From an uncultured Oscillospiraceae bacterium (GTDB taxonomy: Bacteria; Bacillota; Clostridia; Oscillospirales; Ruminococcaceae): a DNA stretch of 64,000 nucleotides. The stretch is from contig CAYJFO010000001.1 in assembly GCA_964369645.1 (NCBI GenBank), positions 703 through 64,702 of the forward strand, given 5' to 3'. This document shows positions 27,402 to 36,844 of the stretch, one piece after another; positions within the stretch are counted from its first letter, which is position 1, and every line of letters begins with the position of its first letter. The translations under genes were made by a program, and so were the position numbers. The notes beneath the pieces were generated by a model, which searched no databases, had not been told where the DNA came from, and saw only the letters and a program-made list of their open reading frames with translations.

Positions 27402-29303
27402 ATGGCAGTAACACTTACATTAAAAGGTGAACAAAGAGAGTTTGAAAGCGGAATAACCCCCGCTGAAATCGCAAAATCAATCGGCATGGGACTATACAAA
27501 GCCGCATGTGCCGCAAGAGTAGACGGACAAAACGTAGATCTTAGAACCCCAATCACCCACGATTGTGAGGTCGAGATTTTAACTTTTGACGACGAATACG
27601 GCAAAAAAGCATTTTGGCACAGTTCCTCGCATCTTATGGCACAAGCTGTCCACCGTCTTTTCCCTGACGTCAAATTTGCAATCGGCCCCGCTATCGAAAG
27701 CGGTTTCTATTACGACCTTGACAGCGAAAGAACATTCACACCGGACGATTTTGAAGCAATCGAAGCCGAAATGGCAAAGATAGTTAAAGCAAACATACCT
27801 CTTGAACGTTTCACACTCGACCGAAACGAGGCTTTGGAATTTATGAAAACCGAGCCGTATAAAGTTGAACTTATTTCGGAACTTCCCGAAGGCGAAACAA
27901 TAAGCTTTTATAAACAAGACGATTTTTGTGACCTTTGCGCTGGCCCACACCTTATGTCAACCGGCGCAATAGCCGCCGTCAAGCTAACCTCGATAACCGG
28001 GGCATACTGGCGCGGAGACGCAAGCAACAAGATGCTCCAACGCCTTTATGGTATAGCTTTCCCAAAATCTGCCCAATTAAAAGAACATCTCCTAATGCTT
28101 GAAGAAGCAAAGAAAAGAGACCACAGAAAACTCGGAAAAGAACTTGAACTTTTCGAGATCATGGAAGAAGGTCCCGGTTTTCCGTTTTTCTTCCCAAAAG
28201 GAATGGTTATACGCAACAAGCTTGAAGAGATGTGGCGCGAGGAACACCAAAAAGCGGGTTATGTTGAGATTAAAACACCGCTTATTCTTAATCGTTCTCT
28301 TTGGGAACGTTCGGGACATTGGGGTCACTATCGCGAAAATATGTACACAACCTTGATAGACGAAACAGATTTCGCAATTAAACCTATGAACTGTCCCGGC
28401 GGAATACTTGTGTACAACAACAAACTCATGAGCTATCGCGACCTTCCGTACCGCGTCGGCGAACTTGGTATTGTCCACCGCCACGAGCTTTCGGGAGCGC
28501 TCCATGGACTTATGCGTGTTCGCTGTTTCACACAGGACGACGCACATCTTTACATAACAGAAGACCAAATTGTCGAGGAAATTTTGGGCATTGCTCGCCT
28601 TGACGATAAACTATATCGTATGTTCGGGTTTGAATATTCTATCGAACTTTCGACAAGACCGGACGACTTTATGGGGGAAAAAGAAACGTGGGACAAGGCG
28701 GAAGCCTCGCTTAAAGAAGCCCTAGACAGGTTTGGGAAACCATATAAAATCAATCCGGGCGACGGCGCGTTTTACGGTCCGAAGATCGATTTCCACCTTC
28801 GTGACTGTGTCGGAAGAACATGGCAATGTGGAACTATCCAGCTTGACTATCAACTGCCCGAGCGTTTCGACATGACATATATCGGGGCTGACGGTGAAAA
28901 ACACCGTCCAGTCATGCTACACAGAACGATTCTCGGAAGCATCGAACGCTTTATCGGTATTTTAACAGAGCATTTCGCCGGAGCGTTTCCGCTTTGGATG
29001 GCTCCCGTCCAAGTTATGGTTATCCCAATTGCGGAAGCCCACCACGAATATGCCTCGCAGGTTACTAACCGTTTAAGTGCGCTTGGCATGAGGGTTGAGT
29101 GTGATAAACGTAGCGAAAAGATGGGATATAAGATAAGAGAAGCCCAACTTCAAAAAACTCCTTACATGCTTGTTGTAGGAGACAAGGAAAAAGAAGCCGA
29201 CGCCGTTGCCATTCGTTCACGAAAAAATGGAGACATGGGAACAAAAGCATTGGATGAATTTATCAAGTTAGCCCAGCAAGAAATCGACGAAAAAGCCTTT
29301 TAA
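27402..29303 (+). CDS. thrS: Threonine--tRNA ligase
   Basis: 633 aa with a TGS domain at the N-terminus, class II motifs (FRHE-like HRHELSGALHGLMRVR) and a C-terminal anticodon-binding domain. The AAGGAG SD lies 7 nt upstream. Confidence 0.95.
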   Translation: MAVTLTLKGEQREFESGITPAEIAKSIGMGLYKAACAARVDGQNVDLRTPITHDCEVEILTFDDEYGKKAFWHSSSHLMAQAVHRLFPDVKFAIGPAIESGFYYDLDSERTFTPDDFEAIEAEMAKIVKANIPLERFTLDRNEALEFMKTEPYKVELISELPEGETISFYKQDDFCDLCAGPHLMSTGAIAAVKLTSITGAYWRGDASNKMLQRLYGIAFPKSAQLKEHLLMLEEAKKRDHRKLGKELELFEIMEEGPGFPFFFPKGMVIRNKLEEMWREEHQKAGYVEIKTPLILNRSLWERSGHWGHYRENMYTTLIDETDFAIKPMNCPGGILVYNNKLMSYRDLPYRVGELGIVHRHELSGALHGLMRVRCFTQDDAHLYITEDQIVEEILGIARLDDKLYRMFGFEYSIELSTRPDDFMGEKETWDKAEASLKEALDRFGKPYKINPGDGAFYGPKIDFHLRDCVGRTWQCGTIQLDYQLPERFDMTYIGADGEKHRPVMLHRTILGSIERFIGILTEHFAGAFPLWMAPVQVMVIPIAEAHHEYASQVTNRLSALGMRVECDKRSEKMGYKIREAQLQKTPYMLVVGDKEKEADAVAIRSRKNGDMGTKALDEFIKLAQQEIDEKAF

Positions 29304-29333
29304 ATAAGCATAAAACAAACATAAAACAAAAAA

Positions 29334-29366
29334 AGAGAAATTTTTTTGAAAAATTTCTCTTTTTTT
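29334..29366 (+). terminator. thrS terminator
   Basis: AGAGAAATTTTT-TTG-AAAAATTTCTCT followed by T6. Confidence 0.6.
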
Positions 29367-29367
29367 G

Positions 29368-29396
29368 TTGACAAACCGATTTAAATTTGTTAAGAT
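29368..29396 (+). promoter_or_regulatory. Sigma-A promoter of tRNA-Lys
   Basis: TTGACA, 17-nt spacer, TAAGAT. The tRNA 5-prime end lies 14 nt downstream of the -10. Confidence 0.65.
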
Positions 29397-29409
29397 ATTA
29401 AAGCTGTAC

Positions 29410-29485
29410 GAGACATTAGCTCAGCCGGTAGAGCATCTGCCTTTTAAGCCGAGGGTCCGGGGTTCGAGTCCCCGATGTCTCACCA
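29410..29485 (+). tRNA. tRNA-Lys (anticodon UUU), CCA encoded
   Basis: GAGACAT-TA-GCTC..GAGC-A-TCTGC-CTTTTAA-GCCGA-GGGTC-CGGGG-TTCGAGT-CCCCG-ATGTCTC-A-CCA. There is one U.C mismatch in the anticodon stem (29:41). Confidence 0.9.
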
Positions 29486-29519
29486 AACGTCGCAAACTAA
29501 CAAAGTTTGCGACGTTTTT
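29486..29519 (+). terminator. tRNA-Lys terminator
   Basis: AACGTCGCAAACT-AACA-AGTTTGCGACGTT followed by TTTT. Confidence 0.85.
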
Positions 29520-29555
29520 CTTATAATTACTCTTTACATTATTTAGGTGACACAA

Positions 29556-30281
29556 ATGAACTTAACGTATGCTTTAATGTTATTCTTTCTTTTTATTTTA
29601 ATCTATCTTTTAATAATCGAGGTTTTCACCGTGTTGTTTCGTCTAACCGGAATGACGTATGACAAAGCAAATCTACAGGTTATCTCGATGCTTACCAACT
29701 GTGGATTCACGACACAGGAAAGCGAGAACATAACTATTTTCAGAATGCGCAGAAAACTTGCGAAACTAACTATTATCTTCGGCTATCTTTTCACCGTTAT
29801 TATCATGTCGAGTATAGTCAACATATTTCTCTCGCTTAGTTATTCCGAAGTTGAAAACATGTGGGAAGCGGTTGTCGTTATCTTTATATCGGTTATGATT
29901 ATTACTGTTATAATGCGATTTAAATGGGTGCGCCACTTTGTTGACGCACGTCTTGAAGCTCTCGGAAACCGAATAATGTTCGGAGACGGTTCAAACGCAA
30001 TCATTCTTCTTGAGATGTTCGGAAGCAGCGCAATGTGTGAAATCAACCTTTCAAGGCTTCCTTTAGAGTTTGACAACATCAAACTTAAAGACTCGGGGCT
30101 TAAGGAAAAATATAAAATTCAAGTTATTCTTATAAAAAGAAACGGCAAAACGTTAAGCATAATGAACGGCGAAGAGGTTCTTTCCACTAACGACACTGTG
30201 GTTGTTTTCGGAAATTACGGCAACATAAAAAAACTGTTTAAAAAGCCGACACAAGTTGCAAACCAAACAACCGACGTTTAA
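29556..30281 (+). CDS. Membrane protein with C-terminal TrkA-C (RCK_C) domain, putative ion channel/transport regulator
   Basis: Three hydrophobic helices followed by an RCK_C-like segment (INLSRLPLEFDNIKLKDSGL...VVVFGNYGNIKKL). The ATG at 29556 lies 6 nt after an AGGTGA SD. Confidence 0.6.
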   Translation: MNLTYALMLFFLFILIYLLIIEVFTVLFRLTGMTYDKANLQVISMLTNCGFTTQESENITIFRMRRKLAKLTIIFGYLFTVIIMSSIVNIFLSLSYSEVENMWEAVVVIFISVMIITVIMRFKWVRHFVDARLEALGNRIMFGDGSNAIILLEMFGSSAMCEINLSRLPLEFDNIKLKDSGLKEKYKIQVILIKRNGKTLSIMNGEEVLSTNDTVVVFGNYGNIKKLFKKPTQVANQTTDV

Positions 30282-30299
30282 ACAGTTTTAACGATCTTT

Positions 30300-31175
30300 T
30301 TATACATGAGCCTCGCTTTTTTGATTTAAATATCCATCATACAAACTGTATGCGGTAACCGTCACAACGACGACAATTCCGCCTATGATAGCAAACGTTC
30401 CGGGAGTTTCTCCGTTAAAGATAAACACCCAAACAGGATTTAGAAGCGGTTCTAACATAGCAATTAAAGAACACAAAAACACAGGGCAATCTTTCGCGGC
30501 AAGCGTGAACAAGATATACGGTATACCGAGTTGAATTACCCCTAAAAAGACTATGTTAACTATTGGAGCAATTGAAATATCGGTTATCGGATATCGAATT
30601 AAAAATGCTATCCCGACAACCGCAGTTATTATGTTACCGATAAGCAACGTCGAGGTTCGCTCATTTTGCGAAACAGCCCCAACCGTCATAAACAAAAAAG
30701 CAAGCGCAACCCCCGCCAAAATAGCAAGAAAATTTCCAAGCATGTTCCCAACCGAAATTTCGTCGAAGAAAAAAAGCGCAATTCCGAAAAACGTAAGTAA
30801 CGCCGCCAAAATATCATGGCGGCGAAATTTTTGCCCCAAAAAAACCGCGGAAAAGATCATCAAAAACACGGGCTCAGTGTATTGAAGCGCAATTGCGTTT
30901 GCGGCGGTCGTTAGCTTGTTCGCTACGACAAACAAAAAAAACACAAGCGTCATCATTATTCCGCCAAACACCGTCTTTTTGTTTACAATGGGCTTTATCT
31001 TGCAAACCAACATAAATATTGCGGTTGTAATCCCGGCGAATAAACTTCTAAACCCGGCTATGACTAACGGGTTCCAATCGATAATCTTTATAAATATTCC
31101 AGATAAAGACCAACCGACGGCACACAAGACCATCAAAATCACGCCTCTTCTAAGCGCAGTTTTATTTGTTGCCAT
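30300..31175 (-). CDS. EamA/DMT superfamily transporter
   Basis: 291 aa with ten TM helices in two 5-TM repeats, typical of EamA proteins. Confidence 0.75.
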   Translation of the reverse strand: MATNKTALRRGVILMVLCAVGWSLSGIFIKIIDWNPLVIAGFRSLFAGITTAIFMLVCKIKPIVNKKTVFGGIMMTLVFFLFVVANKLTTAANAIALQYTEPVFLMIFSAVFLGQKFRRHDILAALLTFFGIALFFFDEISVGNMLGNFLAILAGVALAFLFMTVGAVSQNERTSTLLIGNIITAVVGIAFLIRYPITDISIAPIVNIVFLGVIQLGIPYILFTLAAKDCPVFLCSLIAMLEPLLNPVWVFIFNGETPGTFAIIGGIVVVVTVTAYSLYDGYLNQKSEAHV

Positions 31176-31190
31176 TCTGCAAACCCACCC

Positions 31191-32099
31191 TTAACTTCCA
31201 CAAAATTTTTGTTCAAACACCAAAAGTTCATCTTGTTGTTCTTTGATTGATCCAAAATTATTATATATTTTCAACTTGATTTTCTCGCCATTTTCAAGCT
31301 TTAAACGCACAGTGTTGTTAAAAAACACAGTGCGTTTATTTTTGTATTTTTCAACGTCATCAAGAGATATCTTTTTCCCCTCTATAACCATTAAAGCCTT
31401 GTTTAGCTTAGCAAATATTAAATGTTCATGTGTTATCCCCAAAAAATAATCAAAGTTTTTAGGTAAATCCTTGACATTTGATTTAATAATCGTTGTATAT
31501 ACAGCTGCTAAAATCGGGTTTTCTTTTGTTCCCGTTATAAGTTTCAACATCTTTTGTCTTGTATCTTGTTGAATTAACCCTTGGTTGTTTAAATTTTTTA
31601 AAAAATTGTTCCCTTTTTGATCGTCCAACAAACAAAGGTATTCCATCATTGTTGCGGCATTAATTTCTTTCTTTAGTTCTCTTTTGAAAAAAACTGCTTT
31701 AACGCCGAAAGCCACACCAACGATACCTAGAACAATCGCAAACAACAGCGAAATATTTTCAAACAAGACAAATGCATTATTAAATCCATTAATAACTATA
31801 TAAATAATTTGAGCAAAGACAATAGCAAAAAAGGATATAGTAAGTATTACTCTGTTCATCTTTTTTGAAAGTTTCGATTTAAAGGTAACAAGGATAAACA
31901 GTAGCGAAAAAACAACCAATGTATTAAAAATTACGTTTCGAATAAATGGAAACGTCTCTTCTGTTGCGACGGTTGAAATCTTATAAAACGTTTGAATTTC
32001 ATCTGTTAAAATGTTATTTTCCGAAAGAATAAGTGTCGCCCCTAAAGAAACAATAGCAACAACTATAATAATTACAAAACGCTTAAAACTATAGTTCAA
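31191..32099 (-). CDS. Hypothetical membrane protein (4 TM) with C-terminal soluble domain, possibly bacterial PH-like
   Basis: Hydrophobic N-terminal half and a beta-rich C-terminal ~100 aa. A TTG start at 32099 lies 5 nt after a GGGAGGG SD. No motif recognised. Confidence 0.45.
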   Translation of the reverse strand: MNYSFKRFVIIIVVAIVSLGATLILSENNILTDEIQTFYKISTVATEETFPFIRNVIFNTLVVFSLLFILVTFKSKLSKKMNRVILTISFFAIVFAQIIYIVINGFNNAFVLFENISLLFAIVLGIVGVAFGVKAVFFKRELKKEINAATMMEYLCLLDDQKGNNFLKNLNNQGLIQQDTRQKMLKLITGTKENPILAAVYTTIIKSNVKDLPKNFDYFLGITHEHLIFAKLNKALMVIEGKKISLDDVEKYKNKRTVFFNNTVRLKLENGEKIKLKIYNNFGSIKEQQDELLVFEQKFCGS

Positions 32100-32141
32100 A
32101 AAGCCCTCCCGATTTTTCACAAAACAAAAAAATATCAAGTT

Positions 32142-32993
32142 TTAAAACAACGTTGTCTGTTGTTCTATTAGTGGAAATTTTGATACATATTTAAACACCG
32201 CGTCAACGCCATAAATAATATCGTTTTCTGCGCAAAACTTTTTTATCATACGCGATAAAACCGCGCTGTTTTTGCTTCGGATACCATATGCCGCGCCAAA
32301 GTTACGCATATATTCTTTTTTAAGTCCGGGAAAATGCTCGTCGAGCTTTTTAAAGTAGTATTCCCTGTTCCCAAATCTCAACGTCATGCCCGTTCCAAAC
32401 GTTAGTATCCCCTTAACATTCGCCTGTTTACAATAGGACAAAATACCCTCGACATTTTCTTTTGTATCATTAATAAACGGCAATATAGGGCAAAACCAAA
32501 CGACGGTCGGTATCCCCTGTTCGTTAAATCTTTTCAAAACCTCAAATCTTTGTTTTGTTGTCGCTACGTTAGGTTCTACTATTTTACAAAGATCTTCATC
32601 ATACGTCGTAAGTGTCATCGCGACAACACATTTTGCTTTGTCGTTTATTCTTTTTAAAATGTCAATATCTCGAAGCACAAGGTCGGATTTTGTCAAAACC
32701 GAAACGCCAAACCCATGTTTTTCGATAACCTCAAGGCATTTTCGCATATTTTCAAGCTCTTTTTCAAGCGGAATATACGGGTCGGTCATAGCCCCTGTCG
32801 TTATCATACACCTTGCGCGTTTTTTTGAAAGAGCTTTGTCGAGAAGCTCAACAGCGTTAACCTTAACTTCGATATCCTCAAAACTATAGGTCATTCCGTA
32901 ACATTCGCTTCGCGAATCGCAATAGATGCAACCATGGGTACAGCCGCGGTATATGTTCATGTTGTTTTTTGCTGACAATATGCTTTTTGCCAC
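32142..32993 (-). CDS. Radical SAM protein, SPL/SplB-like (COG1533-type) family
   Basis: The CxxxCxxC cluster is at the extreme N-terminus (YRGCTHGCIYCDS). 283 aa, TIM-barrel sized. Confidence 0.7.
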   Translation of the reverse strand: MAKSILSAKNNMNIYRGCTHGCIYCDSRSECYGMTYSFEDIEVKVNAVELLDKALSKKRARCMITTGAMTDPYIPLEKELENMRKCLEVIEKHGFGVSVLTKSDLVLRDIDILKRINDKAKCVVAMTLTTYDEDLCKIVEPNVATTKQRFEVLKRFNEQGIPTVVWFCPILPFINDTKENVEGILSYCKQANVKGILTFGTGMTLRFGNREYYFKKLDEHFPGLKKEYMRNFGAAYGIRSKNSAVLSRMIKKFCAENDIIYGVDAVFKYVSKFPLIEQQTTLF

Positions 32994-33174
32994 AATCTCT
33001 TTGATTTTAAATCAACTCCGATTAAATATTAGCGTTATTTCTCGGTTTGTCTCGTTTAGTAATTGTACCATATTCCTGTCGACATATAAATATTTTTGAA
33101 ACAATTAAATTTAAACTTTGATAAGCTTAAATCCCAAAGTAAATTCCATAATGAACTTCACTTTGGGATTTGCG

Positions 33175-34872
33175 TTAAATATTATTTATTATCTCTATTT
33201 TATCTTGATACGCTTTGTAATGCGGAATGTTAAAACTTTGCCATCCTAAACTCTCCTCATCATATTCGATAATACGATTGTCTTCTAAGTAATCCATGTA
33301 CAAATAATCTTTGGAAAGCAAAAAACCAATCTCTATTGATTTTATCTCATCATACGCATCTGCCGACAGCGACGCAAGGTAATAAAAATCTGCGTCTCCC
33401 GTTTGGTTGTATATCTCAACGTGGCTTTTTGCAACAATGCCGTCAATATTTATAAGGTTAATACTAATATAGAAAGTAAGGCCGATAAGCGCATATGCTG
33501 CAATTATCTTTAGTTTTGACTTAAATATAAAAACAAGCGTTATGACAAGCCCGATAATTTCAAACCACAAGAATATCATCACAAGAACACGAAGCCTTGT
33601 CAACCCAAACTCTTGGTAATATAGCATCATCTTGTAAAACGACAAGCCCGCAAGCATAACGGTTAAAACGCAAAGCCCCGCCATGAAAATTTTGATAACC
33701 GAGCTTCCCGTGACTTTCGTTACATAGATGCGATTTTTTGCAACTTTAATCGTCGTCAACATAACCGCAATGTTAATGAACGTAAGTATTAACAGTTCAA
33801 AGAAACCACGCCGTGCGTATTCCGAATAGGTGTAGCCATACGGCAACTCCGTTTCTAAAAACAAATAGGTCACTTGTATGTATGCAAAGACAGAGTACAC
33901 AACCATCAACATACAGTTAATCATCAAAAATATGATTAAGTCTTGCGGCTCTTGTTTTTGTGTGGGTTTCGGTTTTGTGCGCGGCGGTGTTAAAGCCTGT
34001 TTCTCTTTTAAACTACCGTTGTTCAACGAAGCCGCTAACATCTCGATATGCCTAGCTTCTGTTATCTCACTTTGGTCGGCATTAGTTTGTTTAGTTTCGG
34101 TTGTTACTTCAACTTTTTTGGTTTGTTGTTCCCCTTTAACCGTTCCGGCCTCGACAGTTTTTAGCTCGCTTATCTCTTTATTGTCTCTTTGTTTTTTCTC
34201 GACAAACAACATATAAAGTTGACAGAAAAAGTATATCGCTATTACTATCGCCAAAACAATCTTAAAGAACAGTTCCACAAAAAAAGCTAAATTTAACTTT
34301 TCTAAAAAGTCTTCCACCAATCGTGAAAAGATTAAATCGGCAGAACTTAACAACGCAAGCACCACCAAAACAAGTGGTATACAAATACAAAGCCCAATGA
34401 CTATCTGTCTAAAAATTATTGATTGCTTTGAAGAACCTAAAAACGTAGAGCCCATCATTTTAGCCGATGTTTTTGTGTAGTTTAGCGGCTCGAAAACTCT
34501 TGTCAAACTTCTTGAAACAAACCCAAACCCGCCCTCTTGGATATTAAGTTTATTTTGAAGATCCAAAAGCATCGCCGAAAACAAAATCCACATAACTATA
34601 ACGTTATAAAAGCTAAACATTCTGTTTGCTCTTAATGTGAACGACAACGAAATTAATATTATCGGAACAAACCACAAAAAAGCTCTTTTGTTTTTTACCT
34701 GTTCAACGTCTTTTAAAAAAACAAAAAGCATTGCGCACGTCATCAAGATAAAAAGGGTCATTCCTATTCCGACATACCATTCAGTCGTTAGATATACGCA
34801 AAGAAACCCAAGCGCTAGCGCAACTTTAAACAATCGCTTTATTAGTTGTTTGTTTATATCTAAATTTTGCAT
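33175..34872 (-). CDS. Large polytopic membrane protein (DUF4153/DUF4173-like), unknown function
   Basis: ~565 aa with more than 10 TM helices, interrupted by a charged T/K/E/Q-rich loop. The ATG at 34872 is preferred. Confidence 0.5.
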   Translation of the reverse strand: MQNLDINKQLIKRLFKVALALGFLCVYLTTEWYVGIGMTLFILMTCAMLFVFLKDVEQVKNKRAFLWFVPIILISLSFTLRANRMFSFYNVIVMWILFSAMLLDLQNKLNIQEGGFGFVSRSLTRVFEPLNYTKTSAKMMGSTFLGSSKQSIIFRQIVIGLCICIPLVLVVLALLSSADLIFSRLVEDFLEKLNLAFFVELFFKIVLAIVIAIYFFCQLYMLFVEKKQRDNKEISELKTVEAGTVKGEQQTKKVEVTTETKQTNADQSEITEARHIEMLAASLNNGSLKEKQALTPPRTKPKPTQKQEPQDLIIFLMINCMLMVVYSVFAYIQVTYLFLETELPYGYTYSEYARRGFFELLILTFINIAVMLTTIKVAKNRIYVTKVTGSSVIKIFMAGLCVLTVMLAGLSFYKMMLYYQEFGLTRLRVLVMIFLWFEIIGLVITLVFIFKSKLKIIAAYALIGLTFYISINLINIDGIVAKSHVEIYNQTGDADFYYLASLSADAYDEIKSIEIGFLLSKDYLYMDYLEDNRIIEYDEESLGWQSFNIPHYKAYQDKIEIINNI

Positions 34873-35031
34873 AATTAGTACCATCCTTTATAATTGATCT
34901 TTGGTTTACTATAAAGCAATCCAAAGTTTAAAACAAAATATACTCTTGTTAAACAAAACAAATATCCTATATTATAATAAGTTATATGTTTCTTTGTGAT
35001 AATTTTGTGTTTTTTTGGTATACTTGATAAT

Positions 35032-35238
35032 TTAATCTTTCTTAAATTCTAAAATCTCGCCCGGTTGACATTCAAGAACCTCGCAAAGTTTTTCAAGCGT
35101 CGAAAACCTAACCGCTTTTGCTTTGTTGTTTTTTAGAATCGATAAATTCGCCTGTGTAAGGTCGATCTTTTCGGCAAGTTCCGAAAGTCCTATTTTACGC
35201 TTGGCCATCATGACGTCAAGGTTAATTATAATTCCCAT
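35032..35238 (-). CDS. Small XRE-family HTH transcriptional regulator (YozG-like)
   Basis: 68 aa, reading MAKRKIGLSELAEKIDLTQANLSILKNNKAKAVRFSTLEKLCEVLECQPGEILEF. Confidence 0.85.
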   Translation of the reverse strand: MGIIINLDVMMAKRKIGLSELAEKIDLTQANLSILKNNKAKAVRFSTLEKLCEVLECQPGEILEFKKD

Positions 35239-35250
35239 AAACTCTCCCCT

Positions 35251-35739
35251 TTATATCGTCATGTCGTTGTCTTGTTTGTAGCTAACCGCCTTGGAAAACA
35301 AGTCTTTAATCGTCAAGCAAAACAGCCCCGCCATTCCGAAAACCGCAATTATTATAACTGTTGCAAGGGTTGGAACAAAAAATATCTTTACCACTGCAAC
35401 AAAAAATATTATAAAACAAGCTCTTCCCATATTAAGAAGATATCTTATGTTTTTTTCAACAAAAGGGTTGTTATCTAGCGTTTTGTAAATCGACATAAGA
35501 TTGTAAAGAATGTAGATTGCACACGCGCCGAATATAAAAAGTACAACCGTCATAAAAGGATAATAACGAGTTTCAAGCTTTACAAATTTATAAAAAAATC
35601 TTGTCCAAAACGGAATTGTGATGGTCACGGCAACCCCAAAGTAAAATATAAAATTAACCAATAATTTAGTAAGTTTTTTCAAATTATCTTGTTTTCTCAT
35701 TTTGGCTTTCCCTTGTTGATTTTTTTTGTAGTTTAGCAT
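35251..35739 (-). CDS. DUF2975-like 4-TM membrane protein (usual partner of YozG-type HTH)
   Basis: Four hydrophobic helices, immediately upstream of the HTH gene with a 12-nt gap. Confidence 0.6.
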   Translation of the reverse strand: MLNYKKNQQGKAKMRKQDNLKKLTKLLVNFIFYFGVAVTITIPFWTRFFYKFVKLETRYYPFMTVVLFIFGACAIYILYNLMSIYKTLDNNPFVEKNIRYLLNMGRACFIIFFVAVVKIFFVPTLATVIIIAVFGMAGLFCLTIKDLFSKAVSYKQDNDMTI

Positions 35740-35802
35740 ACCAAAAGATGTTTGTCAATATTTTTTTATCGTTTTTCGATATTTTTTTGTTGATAAACAA
35801 AT

Positions 35803-35832
35803 TTGACGTTTTGTATCGAAATAAAGTATAAT
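35803..35832 (+). promoter_or_regulatory. Sigma-A promoter upstream of the radical SAM pair
   Basis: TTGACG, 18-nt spacer, TATAAT (35827-35832). Confidence 0.55.
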
Positions 35833-35881
35833 CATATCAATATGCTTTCAAAAATAACGAAAGGGCGGTTGCAAAACCACA

Positions 35882-36784
35882 ATGAAGTTTAATAATTTTT
35901 TGTACTTTGCTAAATTTGGAGTTAAAACTATACTGTTTAAAAAGAAAGATCCTATTTTGGGAACCATTATACTAACCGATAAATGCAACCTTTCTTGTAA
36001 ACATTGTTCGGTAAACAACATAACCGCCGTTATGCATAGTTATGAACAAGTAAAAAGCGAGATGGCTTGGCTTTATAGAATGGGTATTCGCATCTTGTTT
36101 TTTTGTGGCGGCGAAACATTTATGTGGAACGACGATGGCAAAACTGTGCGCGACCTTGTTAAGGAAGCAAAAAAGATGGGTTTTTTAATTGTAAACGTCG
36201 TTACAAACGGAACGTTTGAGCTTAACCTTCCCGAAGCAGATCTTATCCTTTTAAGCGTTGACGGAGATAAACAGCGCCACAACGATATACGCGGAGACAC
36301 ATATGATTTAATTATGCAAAACATTAAAAACGCGACAAGCGATAATATCTGCTTTTACATGGCAATTAATCAGATAAACAAAGACACTATTCGCGACGTT
36401 TGCATAACCGCACGCGACACAAAAAACGTTCGCGCCGTTTCGTTTAACTTCCACACCCCCTATCAAGACACAGAGCACCTAGCGCTTTCTATTTCTGAAA
36501 AACTTAAATGTTTTAAAACTATCAAAAAGATGATAGACCAGGGAGTCCCAGTGTTTAACCTTAAATCCGCGTTTCCGTACATTGCGAATAACAGTTTCCC
36601 GACGCCGTGCCATCAATGTGTCGTTATAGAAAATGGAATTATCCACACCTGTGGACGATGTATCGAGGTTTCGGGGCTTTGCAAAAACTGTGGGTATTTT
36701 TTTGTCGCAGAGTACACTTTACTTTTTAGCGGAAAGATAAAGATAATCTTGGATATGCTTTTTACCTATCTTAAATATATCTAA
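35882..36784 (+). CDS. Radical SAM enzyme with Cys-rich (SPASM/twitch-like) C-terminus
   Basis: LTDKCNLSCKHCS (CxxxCxxC), GGETF, and a C-terminal CHQC..TCGRC..LCKNC cluster. Confidence 0.75.
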   Translation: MKFNNFLYFAKFGVKTILFKKKDPILGTIILTDKCNLSCKHCSVNNITAVMHSYEQVKSEMAWLYRMGIRILFFCGGETFMWNDDGKTVRDLVKEAKKMGFLIVNVVTNGTFELNLPEADLILLSVDGDKQRHNDIRGDTYDLIMQNIKNATSDNICFYMAINQINKDTIRDVCITARDTKNVRAVSFNFHTPYQDTEHLALSISEKLKCFKTIKKMIDQGVPVFNLKSAFPYIANNSFPTPCHQCVVIENGIIHTCGRCIEVSGLCKNCGYFFVAEYTLLFSGKIKIILDMLFTYLKYI

Positions 36785-36844
36785 TAAACTATTATATTGT
36801 ATACATATATTTAGCCTTTACGCCTTTTAACGAATGGAGATTTA

